This document shows positions 1 through 13,220 of a DNA stretch of 64,000 nucleotides, in pieces. The notes under the pieces were generated by a model. That model had not been told where the DNA came from and did not search any database. It saw nothing but the letters and a program-made list of their open reading frames with translations. This DNA is from the human T2T-CHM13v2.0 reference genome, Homo sapiens: NCBI RefSeq assembly GCF_009914755.1, contig NC_060929.1. One strand, given 5' to 3'. The position numbers and the translations under genes are program-made. Position 1 is the first letter of the stretch; each line of letters starts with the position of its first letter.

Positions 1-649
1 GTCTATGTAAAACCCGGAGTGGTATAAGACAGTTCTAATGGTTCATTTTGAACTCTTAAAATAGAGAATCAGAAAAGATATTTATATATGTATGCTCTTT
101 CAAGGAGAAGGATCTCTATTTTGTATTCTAACAACTTTTCAACTTTGATGCACAATTACAACTGCATGTTGTAAATCTAACATATTAACAAATATTGATA
201 TTTCCACATGAGCACACTGTTGAACTGAGGATGTTTATCATCTTCCCTTTTTCTCTGTAGAAATACTAAACTGATTTTGGTAATCATCCCAGAAACATAA
301 TTAGGTCAACACAAAACTTCTACTAGATTACAATTCTAATTTTTTCAACTTTCTAATCTGTAGTTTTGAAGTCTTTATAAATAATTTGATTATTTTTCAT
401 TAAACAGTCATTCAAAAAAAAGTTCACCTATCTAGACATATTATTAACTGGCCAAAACCTGTTCAATGAAAAGTTCAGGCTGAAGACACAGAAGAGAAAT
501 GGAGAAGATGATTTAAAATTTTTAAATTAAGGTGGAATTACTGTAATTACTTCAAACTTTATCCACTCATATAAACCCACTGACAATCCTAAAGAATCCA
601 TCCACATCATAACACACCTGATACACATGAGCAGACTTAGATTAAAATA

Positions 650-1035
650 ACTTTATATATACAACATGGTGATAAGACATAACATCAGGCATAAGAAGGC
701 AGATACAACAGAGCATACACTCTTGTTTATCACCATGGATTAGTTTGGCCTGTTTTTGAACTTTACAAAAAGAGTACATCTACTGCATGAGTACATTTTA
801 TAAAGTTCAAAAACCGGCGGCTAAACTAATCTATGGCATTAGAGGTCAGGATAGTGCCTTCCTTGGCTGGGAAAGTAGTGCCTGGAAGGAAACAGAATGG
901 GAGCTTCCAGGGTATTGCAATATTATGTTTCTTGATCTGGGTTCTGATTCCCCATGTGTTCAATTTGTCAAAATTCTCAGAATTGTACATTTATAACAAA
1001 GACTTTTTGGATCTATGCTATCTTTCAATAAAGGA
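650..1035 (+). mobile_element. Old L1M (L1ME-like) 3' end fragment
   Basis: Typical L1M 3'UTR wording (aaaagagtacatctactgcatga...aaactaatctatggcattagaggtcaggatagtg...tttcttgatctgggt...tcaataaa). Confidence 0.7.
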
Positions 1036-1349
1036 AAGTTTTTATATAACATTTACTGTTTTCCCTGCAGTTCTGAAGGTCCTCAACAACTTACCCTTAT
1101 CCTACAAATCTAATACTAAAATTCTATATTCTTATGGTTCCTTTCAGTAAAATGTGTCATGCCTTTATTTATGCCTTATTTCCTCTAGATTTAACCACAT
1201 TCTACCCATCCAAGGTTGAAACAATCCTCCACTTTCTATGATTTTTTTTCCAGCTCACATCAATCTCTCCATTCTCATCTCTTTTGCTTTCACTGACCAT
1301 ACAAATAAGAATATGTAATATCTATTTCTTTACATCTATGTGCTAAAAA

Positions 1350-1520
1350 TGTAATAAATATTTTACAAACATTTCCTTCAATCCTCAAATAAGTGTTATC
1401 TCAAAAGGAGATGAAGAAACACGCTCAGAAAAGGCAACTTGTCCAGCAGAGCCCTTAACTTCTCAAAGGCAGGATCAAGATTCAAATCTAGATCTGTCTG
1501 GGTACGACACCATGCTTTTA
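1350..1520 (-). mobile_element. MIR SINE
   Basis: Reverse MIR core (gatgaagaaacacgctcaga...aacttgtcca...ggatcaagattcaaatctagatctgtctg). Confidence 0.6.
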
Positions 1521-2339
1521 GTCAATACTAGACTGTCTTCATATCATGCAATCAGTACCTTATTAGATGTTATTTTGTCCATATTAGTTATATTTTGTAA
1601 CTTATTAGCTATCTTCATATAATCCTACTATCCATATTACATACGTATAAGCCAACTCCATATCAAGTCATACTTCACCTACTCTGAACTATGCTATGAG
1701 GCAATTACCTATTTGGAAAACCTGTACTCAAATGTAAGCACTCCAAAAAATGACAATAAAAATTCAAAGTATGTATCATCACCAAGTTTATTCACATGTT
1801 ATGCATAGTAGAGACTCTTAATTCTTCATCACAACCTATTTATCCTATTTTACATATATTAGCGTAAGTCCACACTTAACAGTTGCCATTCTACAGCACA
1901 ATAAAAGTAAAAAACAAAGAATTAAAGGACTCCTAAATATAGGGATAATAACTGCATTGTAAAGTGACAGCTGAAAGAAACGTAGAAGCATACAGGAATC
2001 AAAAGAGCGGTGAGGTATTACAGAGGGTAGTAATAAATTGTCTTCACCCCACCCCAACACAAAAATCAATATTCATAATGATGACCCTAGCCAAGGAGAA
2101 AAAGTTAACATACTTTAACTTTTTCTCAAGTTAATAGTTGGTATTTTCTCAAGTTAGAAAAGAACAGGAACCAGCTCTAGAAACAACTGTATAGAAATGG
2201 CTAAAATATACATTTCGGATCTCAGTTAATAACCTGGTTCCTGGGGGTTCCAAATCAATACTCTACAATACATAGAATACTCATTTAGTCTTAGTCATAT
2301 GATTTATCTTATACATGATGCTGTCTTTGGGAAGACTGC

Positions 2340-2570
2340 AAAGGGGTAAGTGCATGGGTTTTAGAATCAGAAACAAAGAAAGGCTTCTGAACCCCACCTC
2401 TCTCTCTCATAATACCTATATGATCTTGGGCTAGTTAGGCATCGCCCCATTTTCCTCATCAGTTACACAGGTGTATTAATACATATTCTCCTAAGTATGT
2501 AGGAAGACAATGAGAATTTAAGTAATGTTTTTAACACACTCCCCAACATACATTATTCAAAATATGGCAG
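2340..2570 (+). mobile_element. MIR SINE
   Basis: gcatgggttttagaatcaga...tgatcttgggctagtta...ttttcctcatcagtt resembles the MIR core. Confidence 0.6.
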
Positions 2571-5500
2571 CTGCTGCTACTATTTCTTGTGTTCAAAGAC
2601 GATTAAACATTTACCAATTAGAACAATGCTGGACACATAACCAGTACTCAATAAATACTTGGTGAGTGGCCTGTGTATAAGAAGAGAAGGGTAACCAAAT
2701 CTCTAATAGCATACAGCAGGGTCCAGCCTGATTACATCTACTACTTTTTATTTGCAAACACTTACCAAATAAAAGAACTAGGACTAACTGCAGAAAGTTA
2801 TTTTTTCATTAGATTTTTTGCTAATTCAATGTAAGAGTTTTATCAACAAACATAGCTGCTCAACAAAGGAACAAACCACTGTGAATAACCTACCCATGAG
2901 TGGAAGGTCTGAGTGATGGTGGATGACAGCTGTCTGATATTGCAGAGAAAATTCCTGCTTTAAGTGGGAGGTCTACTAATTTCTAAAGTAGCTTCCAAAT
3001 ATTCTTAGAAACAAACATTAGATTCATATATGCACATACCTTTCCGAAATTCATACATATTTAAGCACTCCAGGTGAACACTTAGCAGCAATACATTTGT
3101 TTTAAAGGTAATTACATTTTTTCTCGGTGGTACTTTTCCAATATAAAAACAATTATTGATGTATGCAAAGAATTCCTCCCGGAATCAAAAATCAAGTAGA
3201 GTTTTTTTAGTAAAACAAAATAACTATTAGAAGAAACAATGCATAGCAAAAGGCAACTGCCACAGTTTACCTGAATCTTAATCATCTCCTTTTAATTTTG
3301 ATATGAAGAACAACCAGAATCTTTTCAAATATATAACTTTTTTCATTCTGCTAGGTAAAATAATAACATATACTTGTGTATTCAAAACAATGTTGAAATA
3401 TGACCATGAAACAACAAACTTTCCCATGAGAAAAAAGAAAGACAATGTTAAGGTTTTTATTAAAATAAGGTGGTTTAAGCATTTTTAAAACTATTCCAAT
3501 CTAAAATTTAACTCACTACAAATTGTCATGTAAGAATTATTCTTATATAACATATGAAATCTTATATGACATAAGAATTAATCTGACCTGCTTTCTACTG
3601 TTATGCCATTAAAAACACCGCTGAAAGTTATAGCCTACAGTAATACGTCACTCTAAATAAACAAGGTAGGAAATAGCTTAGTATTCAAACATCCATTATT
3701 ATAATTTTATACTAATACCACATGTGACAGATATGATTAAAAACTTATAACACATACACTGAACAAACAGTTTCACAATATTCCACTTGCTACCTGATTA
3801 CATATCCAGAAACTACCACATGGCTAAATGTTAAGAGTTCACAGCTCACCTACCTCAAAATGTGTTTCCAACCACTGGAGTCTCTCCCTGCAACTCCATT
3901 CCCCTCAGAGTTTTTCATTTTTCCTTTTTTTTTCTTCTTGAGGGAGGGGAGTGGTGGTGACGGTAGTGTGGTAAACATTAGAAAGTGCATTATAGAATTA
4001 TGAGTGAAAAAAAGTGTAATTAAAAATTTTATTATATGAGGGTCAAACACTAAGCATGGAAATAAATAGCAATACTATTTTAAGATGTGATTTTTTGAAG
4101 TATGAAACTACTGATAAAAATATGTATGTGCACACATCTAAAACAGCTAAATACACTTTTATCTGACAAGCTGTTCCTTCTTAGTAACTAAATTACTTGG
4201 CAACCTTCTTTGTTTACAGCTTCTATGTCTCTTCATTCTCTATTCATTATAGGAAACACATGAAATTTCACTGGATTAAATGCAAGATGACTAAAATCCC
4301 TGAAGTCTTGTTTTGCTGCTATAATAGAGCAATAATTTCCTCAAACACTATTTATCCTGTACCTAAATCACTAGAGGGCTGGGTAGGGTGTCTGAATTTG
4401 GCAATGAAACATTCTGTGGTTTTCAGGATAATCTTCATTTCAAATATTCTGACTGTCAGGTTACATGTTTAAATTTTGAGATCAGAAAATCTGGTGATTT
4501 TAGTGTAGAACAAAATAAAAACACCACCCATCCCATTTATATTCTATTTCCAGACTGCATACATCTAGAAATAAGTTTGATAAATTTACAAAGGACTTTG
4601 AACATGCACACTCCCTCCATTAAACAGTATTACTGAAGGTGCAAGACATATGCACTACAAAACAATGGAAGAAAAAAATTACTAATTACCTAGGCTTGGG
4701 TCTGGAATGCAGACATTTATAGACTCATAGTCACAAGTACACGCAAACAATTAGTATTTCACAGTGTGCTCCAAATCTTTCAGTCCAGCAGTACCTTCTA
4801 AGGCCAGAAGAGCCTGTCTGTAATATAATCATTCTTCAATAGTTAAGGGATTTATATCCAGGAAAACAAAACTTACCCCTAACTTTTTCTCAACATTATC
4901 TTGAAATACTAAATAATGTACCAGGAAAACGTTCATTCAAAAAATTAAAAGTTTTAAAACCCTGGTGCAGAGCTCTACCTATTTGAATTGCTACTCTTTT
5001 ATGCAAAGGTCTTACAATTGTCATTATATCTTCACTTCTAAGAGATCTTCCTTCTAGGTCATTCCTTACCTATCTCCCATTTTTTCTGAATTCCTCTAGC
5101 TTTTAGAGTCCCTTACAAAGATAATTGGCATATGCTTCAAATACTACTGTCTTTTACTGTACACTGATAGAGCTATATCCCAACAGAAACTCCCTGAAGG
5201 AAGATGTATGCCTTCCTCAACCACAACAGTATTAACTAACCCATGTGATCATATAATATATATATAATTAACCCATGTGATCAAAAATATACTGGTTGAC
5301 ATTAATAAAACCATTACAAATCCAAATTAACACAATGGGGTTAAAAAAAAAAAGGAAAAGTAATTGAAGGACGCAGATTCTTGAAAATCCAGGTAATTAA
5401 GGTTAAAAAAACGTTTTCTGTATTTCTTACTGACATCTTTAACAGGATATGTTTAAAGCATTAGAATATCCTCAATTTTATATTTTATATAAATGTCATC

Positions 5501-6556
5501 ATTCCAGGTACATTGCTCAGTTTACGCAATCTGGCTGGAAGCCTCTAAAAGAGGAATACGAAGAATATACTTATATTTAGGTTCTCTTTCAACCCTATTA
5601 CTTTGGGTATATGAATGTTATACGTATTAACTAGTTTTACACAATTATTTTCAATTTACTTTTATGTCTGTAATTTTATAACTACATTTGTTGTATGGAT
5701 ATAATTTTTAAGGAGCCATTCAACTTTAACCTGGCCACTGTAACAAAAAAACACAAATAACAGTATCTGTAGATGACCCAAAAAGCATTAACAGTCAACT
5801 TCAATTATTCATACAGATTAACAAATATTTTAACCTGTTTATGTTCTTCCACTAACAGTATTTGCTTAGGAAACAAAAATCTGTGCTAATAATTCAAATA
5901 AAATGTAAAAGAAAATATACATCAATCTATTGTGGGAGAGAAAAGAACATAAAATATTTTCTCACCAATATAAAGTATTTAGATTATATATTTAGCATTC
6001 TTCTACCATTATTCATCTTTTTAAGGCAGGTAATTGAGAATGGACTGTATTTAATAGCTTGGTGACAGAGGCACAGATACACAGGCAAGCAAATCATTCG
6101 CTCACCCCACTGTGCTTTTCGCAGTCTTATTCTTGGTAGCCTGAGACCTGGGAGCGGGAGGAGGCAGCAAGTCACTGCAGGTGGATCACTTAAAAGGAAA
6201 TTGAGAGTTGACTGTAATTTAAATTTAAAGTGCTATGAAATACCACCACTCCTACATGTATTCATTATTGTTTGTGGGACTACTACTCACAGTGATTTAA
6301 CAAGGCTACAAATGCTTTCTTTTTAACCTTTTCAATATTCCAGGTCTGTAGTGATATGTGAGAATTACAAAGGTAGGAGGCTAAAGTGCTGCAAGTATAA
6401 AGTAGTATGCATTTTAGAGGTGAGGAAATTGAAGCCAGAGAGGTTAAATAGCATGCCATATCTTCCTCAGATTAAAGCAGAACCTCGTTCTCTGGACTTC
6501 AACTTCAATGCAACAGTCTAGCAGCCCCTTCAATTCAAAACTCTTCTCCTGGCTTA

Positions 6557-8984
6557 TGTATCAGGCCATTCTTGCATTGTTACAAAGAAACACCTAAGAC
6601 TGGGTAATTTATAAGAAAAGAGGTTTAATTGGCTATCATTTCTGCAGCCTATACAGGAAGCAGGGCACCAGCACTTGCTTCTGGGATGGCTTCAGGAAGC
6701 TTTTACTCATAGCAAAGACGAAGCGTGTGCAGGCATCTCACATGGCAGAGCGGGAGCAAGAGGGAGCTGGGGGGAAGGAGCCACAGGCTTTTAAATAACC
6801 AGATGTTGTGAAAACCTACTATCACGAAGACAGCACCAAGCCATGAGGGATCCACTCCCATGACCCAAACACCTCCCACCATGCCCCATCTCCAGCATTG
6901 GAGATTACAATTCAACATGAGATTCGGGTGGGGACAAATATCCAAACTGTATCATTCTGCCCACGGCCCCTCCCAAATCTCATGTCCTTCTCACACTGCA
7001 AAATAAACTCATGCCTTCCCAACAGTCTCCCAAAGTCTTAACTCATTCCAGCATTAACTCTGAAGTCCAAAGTCTCATCTGAAACAAGGCAAGTCCCTTC
7101 CACTTATGAGGCTGTAAAGTCACAAATAAGTTATTTACTCCCAAGATACAATGAGGATATAGGCATTGGATAAACATTGCCATTTCAAAAAGGAGAAATC
7201 AACCAAAAGAAAGGGGCTACAGGCCCCATGCAAGTTCAAAACCCAGCAGGGCAGTCATTAAATCTTAAAGCTCCAAAATAATCTCCTTTGACTCTATGTT
7301 CCACATTCAAGGCACACTGCTGCAAAGGGTGGGCTCCCAAGGCTTTGGGCAACTCTGCCCTGTGGCTTTGCAGGGTTTAGCCCCCAGGAATGCTCTCACA
7401 GGTTTTAGTTGAATGCCTGTGGCTTCTCCAGGTATAGGATGCAAACTGCCAGTGGATCTACCATTCTGTGGTCTGGAGGATGGTAGGCCCCTTCTCACAG
7501 CTCCACTAGGCAGTGCCCCACTGGGGACTCTGGGGGGCTCCAACCCCACATTTCCCCTTGGCCCCACCCTAATAGAGATCCTCAATGAGGGCTCCACCCC
7601 TGCAGCAGGCTTCTGCCTAGACACCCAGGCTTTCTCATACATCCTCTGAAATCTAGGCAGAGGCTCCCAAGCCTCAGTTCTTGCACTCTGGGCACCTGCA
7701 GGCTTAATAATACATGTAAGCCATCAAGTCTTATGGCTTGCACCCTTTGAAGCAGCAGCCCGAACTGTACCTGGGCCCCTTTGAACAAGGCTGGAAGCCT
7801 GAGTGGCTGGGATGCAGGGAGCAGTGTCTTGAGGCTGTGCAAGGCAGCAAGGCCCGGCTAGCCCAGGCCCACAAAACCATTCTTTCTTCCTAGGCCTCTG
7901 GGCCTATGATGAGAGGGGCTGCTGTGAAGGTTTCTAAAATGCCTTGAAGGCCTTTTCTCCAACTTCACGGATATCAGCACTTTGGCATGTGTTTAATTAT
8001 GCAAATATCTCTAGCACGTGGTTGCTCTATAGCCTGCTTGAATTCCTCCCCTGAAAAAGCTTTTTCTTTCTTTGCCACATGGCTAGGCTGCAAATTTCCC
8101 AAACCTTTATGCAGTGCTTCCTGTTTAAAAACAAATTCCAACTTTAAGTCATTTCTTTGCTCCTACATCTTAGCATGGGCTGTTAGCAGCATCCAGGACA
8201 CATCTTGAACACTTTGCTGCTTAGACATTTCTTCCGCCAGATACCAGAGGTCATCACTCTCAAGTTCAAACTTCCACAGGTCCCTACAGAATGAACAGAA
8301 TGCAACCAAGTGCTTTGCTAAAGCATAATGAGGGTGACCTTTGCTCCAGTTCCTACTAAGTTCTTCATTTCCACCTGAGACCTCATCATCATGGACTTCA
8401 TTGTCCGTATCACTACCAGCATTTTGGTCACAACCATTCAACCAGTCTCTAAGAAGTTCCAAACTTTCCCTCATTTTCCTGTCTTCTGAGTCCTCCAAAC
8501 TCTTCCAACCTCTGCCTGTTACCCAGTTTCAAAGCTGCTTCCATATTTTCAGGTATCTTTAGAGCAATGCTCCACGCCCACTTACCAATTTTCTGTAATA
8601 GGCTGTTCTTGCACTGCTATAAAGAAGCATCTGAGCCTGGGTAATTTAAAAGAGGTTTAATTGGCTATTGGTTCTGTAGGCTGTACAGGAAGCATGGTGC
8701 CAGCATCTGCTTCTCGGGAGGCCTCAGGGTGTTTCTGCTCAAGATGGAAGGTGAAGCAGGAGTAGGCATCTCACATGGCAAAGTAGGAGTGAGAAAGAGT
8801 AAGAGGGTAGGTGCACACTTTTAAACAACCAGATCTTGCCAGAACTCACTATTGCAAAAACAACACCAAGCCATCAGGGATCCATTCCCATGGCCCAAAC
8901 ACCTCCCACCAAGCCCCACCTCCAGCATTGGGGATTACAATTCAACATGAGATTTGGGTGGGGACAAATATCCAAACTGTTTTA
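6557..8984 (-). mobile_element. Full-length MaLR retroelement (MSTB-like): LTR 6557-6954, internal region 6955-8593, LTR 8594-8984
   Basis: Two homologous ~395-bp LTRs (tgta..aggc..ttcttgca...gaggtttaattggcta...ggggacaaatatccaaactgt) flank a ~1.64-kb MST/THE1-type internal region. 5-bp TSD GCTTA at 6552-6556 and 8985-8989. Confidence 0.92.
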
Positions 8985-9199
8985 GCTTAAGAGATCACAA
9001 TTTTCTCTCTTCTCTTCTATTGACTCCTTTCTTCTTATTGATTCCTACCCTATGATATACACCCTCATCATCTTATCTATTTTCATACATTCAAATCTTC
9101 AGCTCTTTTTCCATTTATATCCCTTTTCTCAACATCTTACACACAGAACAATCAGACTAGAAATTCAGGGCAACTAAAACCTCCATTCCAGTATTTGCT

Positions 9200-10330
9200 G
9201 CCACCTTTTACACATTTATATAATCACGTGAAATTCAAGGTGCAAAGCTGAACTCATTATCATCCTTCCCAAAATGACTTCTCCATTTTATGGCACCATC
9301 AATTTCATTGTCCCTTAGGACAGTAATCTTAAAGTACTCTTTTCCTTCTAATCTCCTTAATACTGTACTATTCTTTTTCCCATGTCTCTCACTCCCTTCT
9401 TCCAGTCAATTAATGCCTCAGTGATTATCTGATGGATGCTGGGGGAAGCGGATGTTAAAAATGGGTAAAACAGGCCTCCTGCCCTCAAGAAGCTAAAGAT
9501 CTAGTGAAGGGGGAAGAAACTGGACAAAGAACTAAAGTAAGACAATGGTAACTGCAATTTAGAAAATAATAAATAAAGACGTAAAAAAGCAGAGAAGGAA
9601 GCAATAAATTCCCACTGGGATAAGGAAAGATCTCCAGAAATGGCATGTGACCTCAACCTTAAAGAATTAGGACTTCTATAGATAAACTGTGCTGGAAATG
9701 CAATTCAAGGCAAAGGAAATACCTACGCAAGGTCAAGCGAATATTAAACTACATGCCATGTTCAAGGAATAGCAAACATTCTTCTTTGACTGAAAGATTC
9801 TCAAGTAGGGGCATACAGTCTCCACGGAGAAAGAGGTGGAATGGGGGTTGGTGCTTTAGACTGGCAAACTCTCCCCAATCCTCTCTGAGAAGGACTGTAT
9901 GTAATGAAGTGAACTATGCAGAGAGGCAGATATATTGAGATGTGTATGGTTAAAATAGTACAGAAGAAAACCATATGGGAGTAAATCAAAAAAGGCCTTG
10001 AATGCCAAACTAAAGAAATGTGGACTGTATTCTGTGAGCAAAAATTAGCCTAGAAAATGTGTGTATGTGTTTTGTTTTGTTTTTTTATTTAAGAGAACAA
10101 CAAGATCAGATCTAGATTTCTGGGAAATAATCCTGGCAGGCATACAGTAGACCGAGTGAAAAAAGGTGAGAAGATATTACTGCCACACGATGACATAATG
10201 AGGATATGAACTGACAATGGGAACAGAAGGAGAGACTGAATTCAACAGCTATTTCAGAAGCTAATCAGAGGAGTTTAGCAATACAACAAAGAGGATAAGC
10301 AGCAGATCTCTAGCTTGAATAACAGAGGAT
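9200..10330. mobile_element. Degraded L2 LINE fragments (both orientations)
   Basis: L2-like wording (aagctgaactcattatcatccttccc; ctgccctcaagaagctaaagatctagtg; ggccttgaatgccaaactaaagaaatgtggactgtattctgtg). Confidence 0.55.
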
Positions 10331-11199
10331 GGCGGAAATACCTAGAATGTGAAAAGTGGGTACACTTTGGGGTGCAAAGTTTTACACATCACAACTCTGA
10401 GATGATTATCAGACACATACCAGTCACTCACTAAGCCCTGTGACACTGGTTAAGTTACCTGTTTGAGTTTTAGCCCTTTAAAATTTCAAAGCCTATATTC
10501 TCAACTGTAAAACAGAGACAATAAGTGTAGCTAAAACAGCTGAATATTAAGTAAAATAATGAAATCAGTGCCTGGCACAAAACTAGTATTATAGTAATAG
10601 TATGTATAATAGTAGAATGTGGAACTTAAAAATGCCCATAAATTTTGCAAGAGGTTACTAGCATCTTTTAAGAAATTATTTTCAGTACAGAGGGAGAGTT
10701 TTGCTTACAAGACTTTGTTAAGCAATAAAGTTGTGGAGTGAAGACAAACTATTCTGTCTGTAGAGCCTTCAAAAAAAAGTTTTTGTAATATTGTCGTTAT
10801 CATTCCATATCTCCCACTTTCAGCCCATGCCTAACATAGTACCTGGTCCATGTGAAGAACATAAAAATTGCTTGCTGAACATGAGAAAACTGAGCCAACT
10901 GTAAGGGAGAAATGAAGAGAAGATCTTAGTTCTACAAAGAATCTTGAGGAAACAGTATTAGAAGCATAAACGTTTTTCCAAGTTACCCTTGGAAAAGAAT
11001 AGCAACGCTTTATTCTTTGAATCAGGGTAAAGACAGTAAGTCTGGGCAGACAATTGAGGAATTCACACTGGATGGGCAGCCTCTACATTTTAATAAAGAA
11101 ATAAAATTCACTGCATAGAGTGGGGGGACTACAAAATCAGTCTGAAATCTGAAGAAAGCAAATTAGATAATTCTTCCATTTTAATATGTATTTGACTTC

Positions 11200-11640
11200 A
11201 TTTCTGTAGCCAACGCCATGGTCCAGTCTTCTATCATCCGTCAGATTATATCAGCAGCACCCTAGGCAGCTCCTCTGCTTCCTAACTTTCCCCTTCCCAG
11301 GGTATGGTATATTCCCAAGAGAGCACATATTTCCTTCCACTATGTCCACCATTATTCTTTTAAGAAGTCAACCCCTCTATGAGACTTCTCTGATCCTTTT
11401 ACCCACCAGACAGTTAATCATTCTCTCCTCTGGCTACTATTGGGTTACCTCTGTTTCCTATATAGTTTGATTACTTAATTTATTTTTCCACCTGCAATCA
11501 TTTCCTTATGTCTATTCCAATGAAACCCTTAAAAGGGGGAAAGAGTTTCCTCATTTTTATTCTTCCAGCAGTTAATTCAGCATCTGGTATATAAATGTTC
11601 AGTCAATGTCCATTTTGTCTAACTGAATGATTAAACAAAT
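11200..11640 (+). mobile_element. L2 3' end fragment
   Basis: Ends with an L2 tail-like sequence (cagcatctggtatataaatgttcagtcaatgt...aactgaatga). Confidence 0.5.
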
Positions 11641-11690
11641 GAGAAAACTCCTAACCAGAAGAAACTGGAAAATAAAAAGTTAGAGTTCAG

Positions 11691-11999
<309 letters not shown>

Positions 12000-12984
12000 G
12001 TTAGAGTTCAAATCTACATCATTTTGGAACCTTTCTGCTTTTCTAGGTATTAGACAGCAACCAAGAGAGTCAGTTTTTTAGTTCTTAGTGGAAACGTAAA
12101 GGAGTTAATCAAAAATTATAAAATTCAACTATACTTTTAAATAAATTATATTCTAATAATTATATTTGAACTAGTGTGTCCATATTCTGGGAATTCACTT
12201 TGAACACAATAATTAAAGTATACCAGGAGGGGTTTACCCAGGAAGAACACTGTATCTTTTCAAGTGATTCAGTACCAGTAAAGAGATGCACTACTGGACT
12301 GATAAGACAGTCTATCCTTGCAGTACAAATGGCGAGAGGAAGCATTTGGGCTTCAAAATACATTTTGGCATGCATTACAGACAGTATTTAATAATATCAT
12401 TAGCAAATATTGGGGACTTTCACAAATTAAGTAGTTGTCTGAACAAAACTCAGAGCAACCATTACCAATACGCTGACTGTAAAGTCTACTATAATGAAGT
12501 TCCTAAACTAGATAAAAATTAATCCATCAACAATTTTTAACTGAGGCACTCTATGTATGAACCACAGCACTAACACAAGTACCAAAACCAACGAAACTTA
12601 GAATTCTTCTGAGCCTCAAGAAGCTTGCAAGGCTAGCCAAGTCATTATTAAATAGTATGAAATGTCCTGGTGTCAGAGACAAAAATTCTAAGGTTCTATG
12701 AAATACAGTATCACATTTTATCCTAAGTGAATATAACATACTGCACTTCGCTTAGACTTAATTTATTGGTAATGTCACAGATTGCTTTACAATTGTTATA
12801 TTCAAGAACTCTAACTCAGATAGACTATACCCAATTAGTATAACAGTATGTTTCAAAAAAAAAAGAAGCTCGAATACCATAATTCCTTATTAACAAGTTT
12901 ATAATATTCAAAACAACCGTTTAAAGTATTTTTAATGTGAGTTTTAAAACTGTGATTTCACAATGTAGGAAGGCAACTAATGTT

Positions 12985-13220
12985 AAATATCACTTACAAA
13001 GTATCCGGTCTTATGCCAAGTACTTTAATTAAGAACTAGCTCATTTACTTTTCACATTCTTAACCCTTTGAAGTTATCTCTTATTTTAGAAATGAAGAAA
13101 TCAGGGGTAAAGCAAGGTCAAATAACTTGCCCCAAATCACCCAACTATTAAATCTCACAGCTGAGGTTACAATCCAGAATGATTTGACTTTATAGTCAAC
13201 TCTCTTTTCACTACACATTG
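12985..13220 (-). mobile_element. MIR SINE
   Basis: attttagaaatgaagaaatcagggg...aggtcaaataacttgcccaaatcacccaacta...gaggttacaatccagaatgatttgact. Confidence 0.65.

Noticed and set aside
4690-4817. Possible cryptic RICTOR exon (tattacag| ... TAG|gtaatt)
   Set aside because: Weak pyrimidine tract, not frame-preserving and overlapping MIR-like sequence.
5237-5283. Short direct repeat taacccatgtgatca twice (similar micro-duplications at ~2121-2156, ~33499-33545 and ~45498-45538)
   Set aside because: Ordinary slippage products with no functional hint.
6703-8562. Cluster of 70-110-aa ORFs
   Set aside because: Fragments of the decayed MaLR LTR and internal region, not an independent gene.
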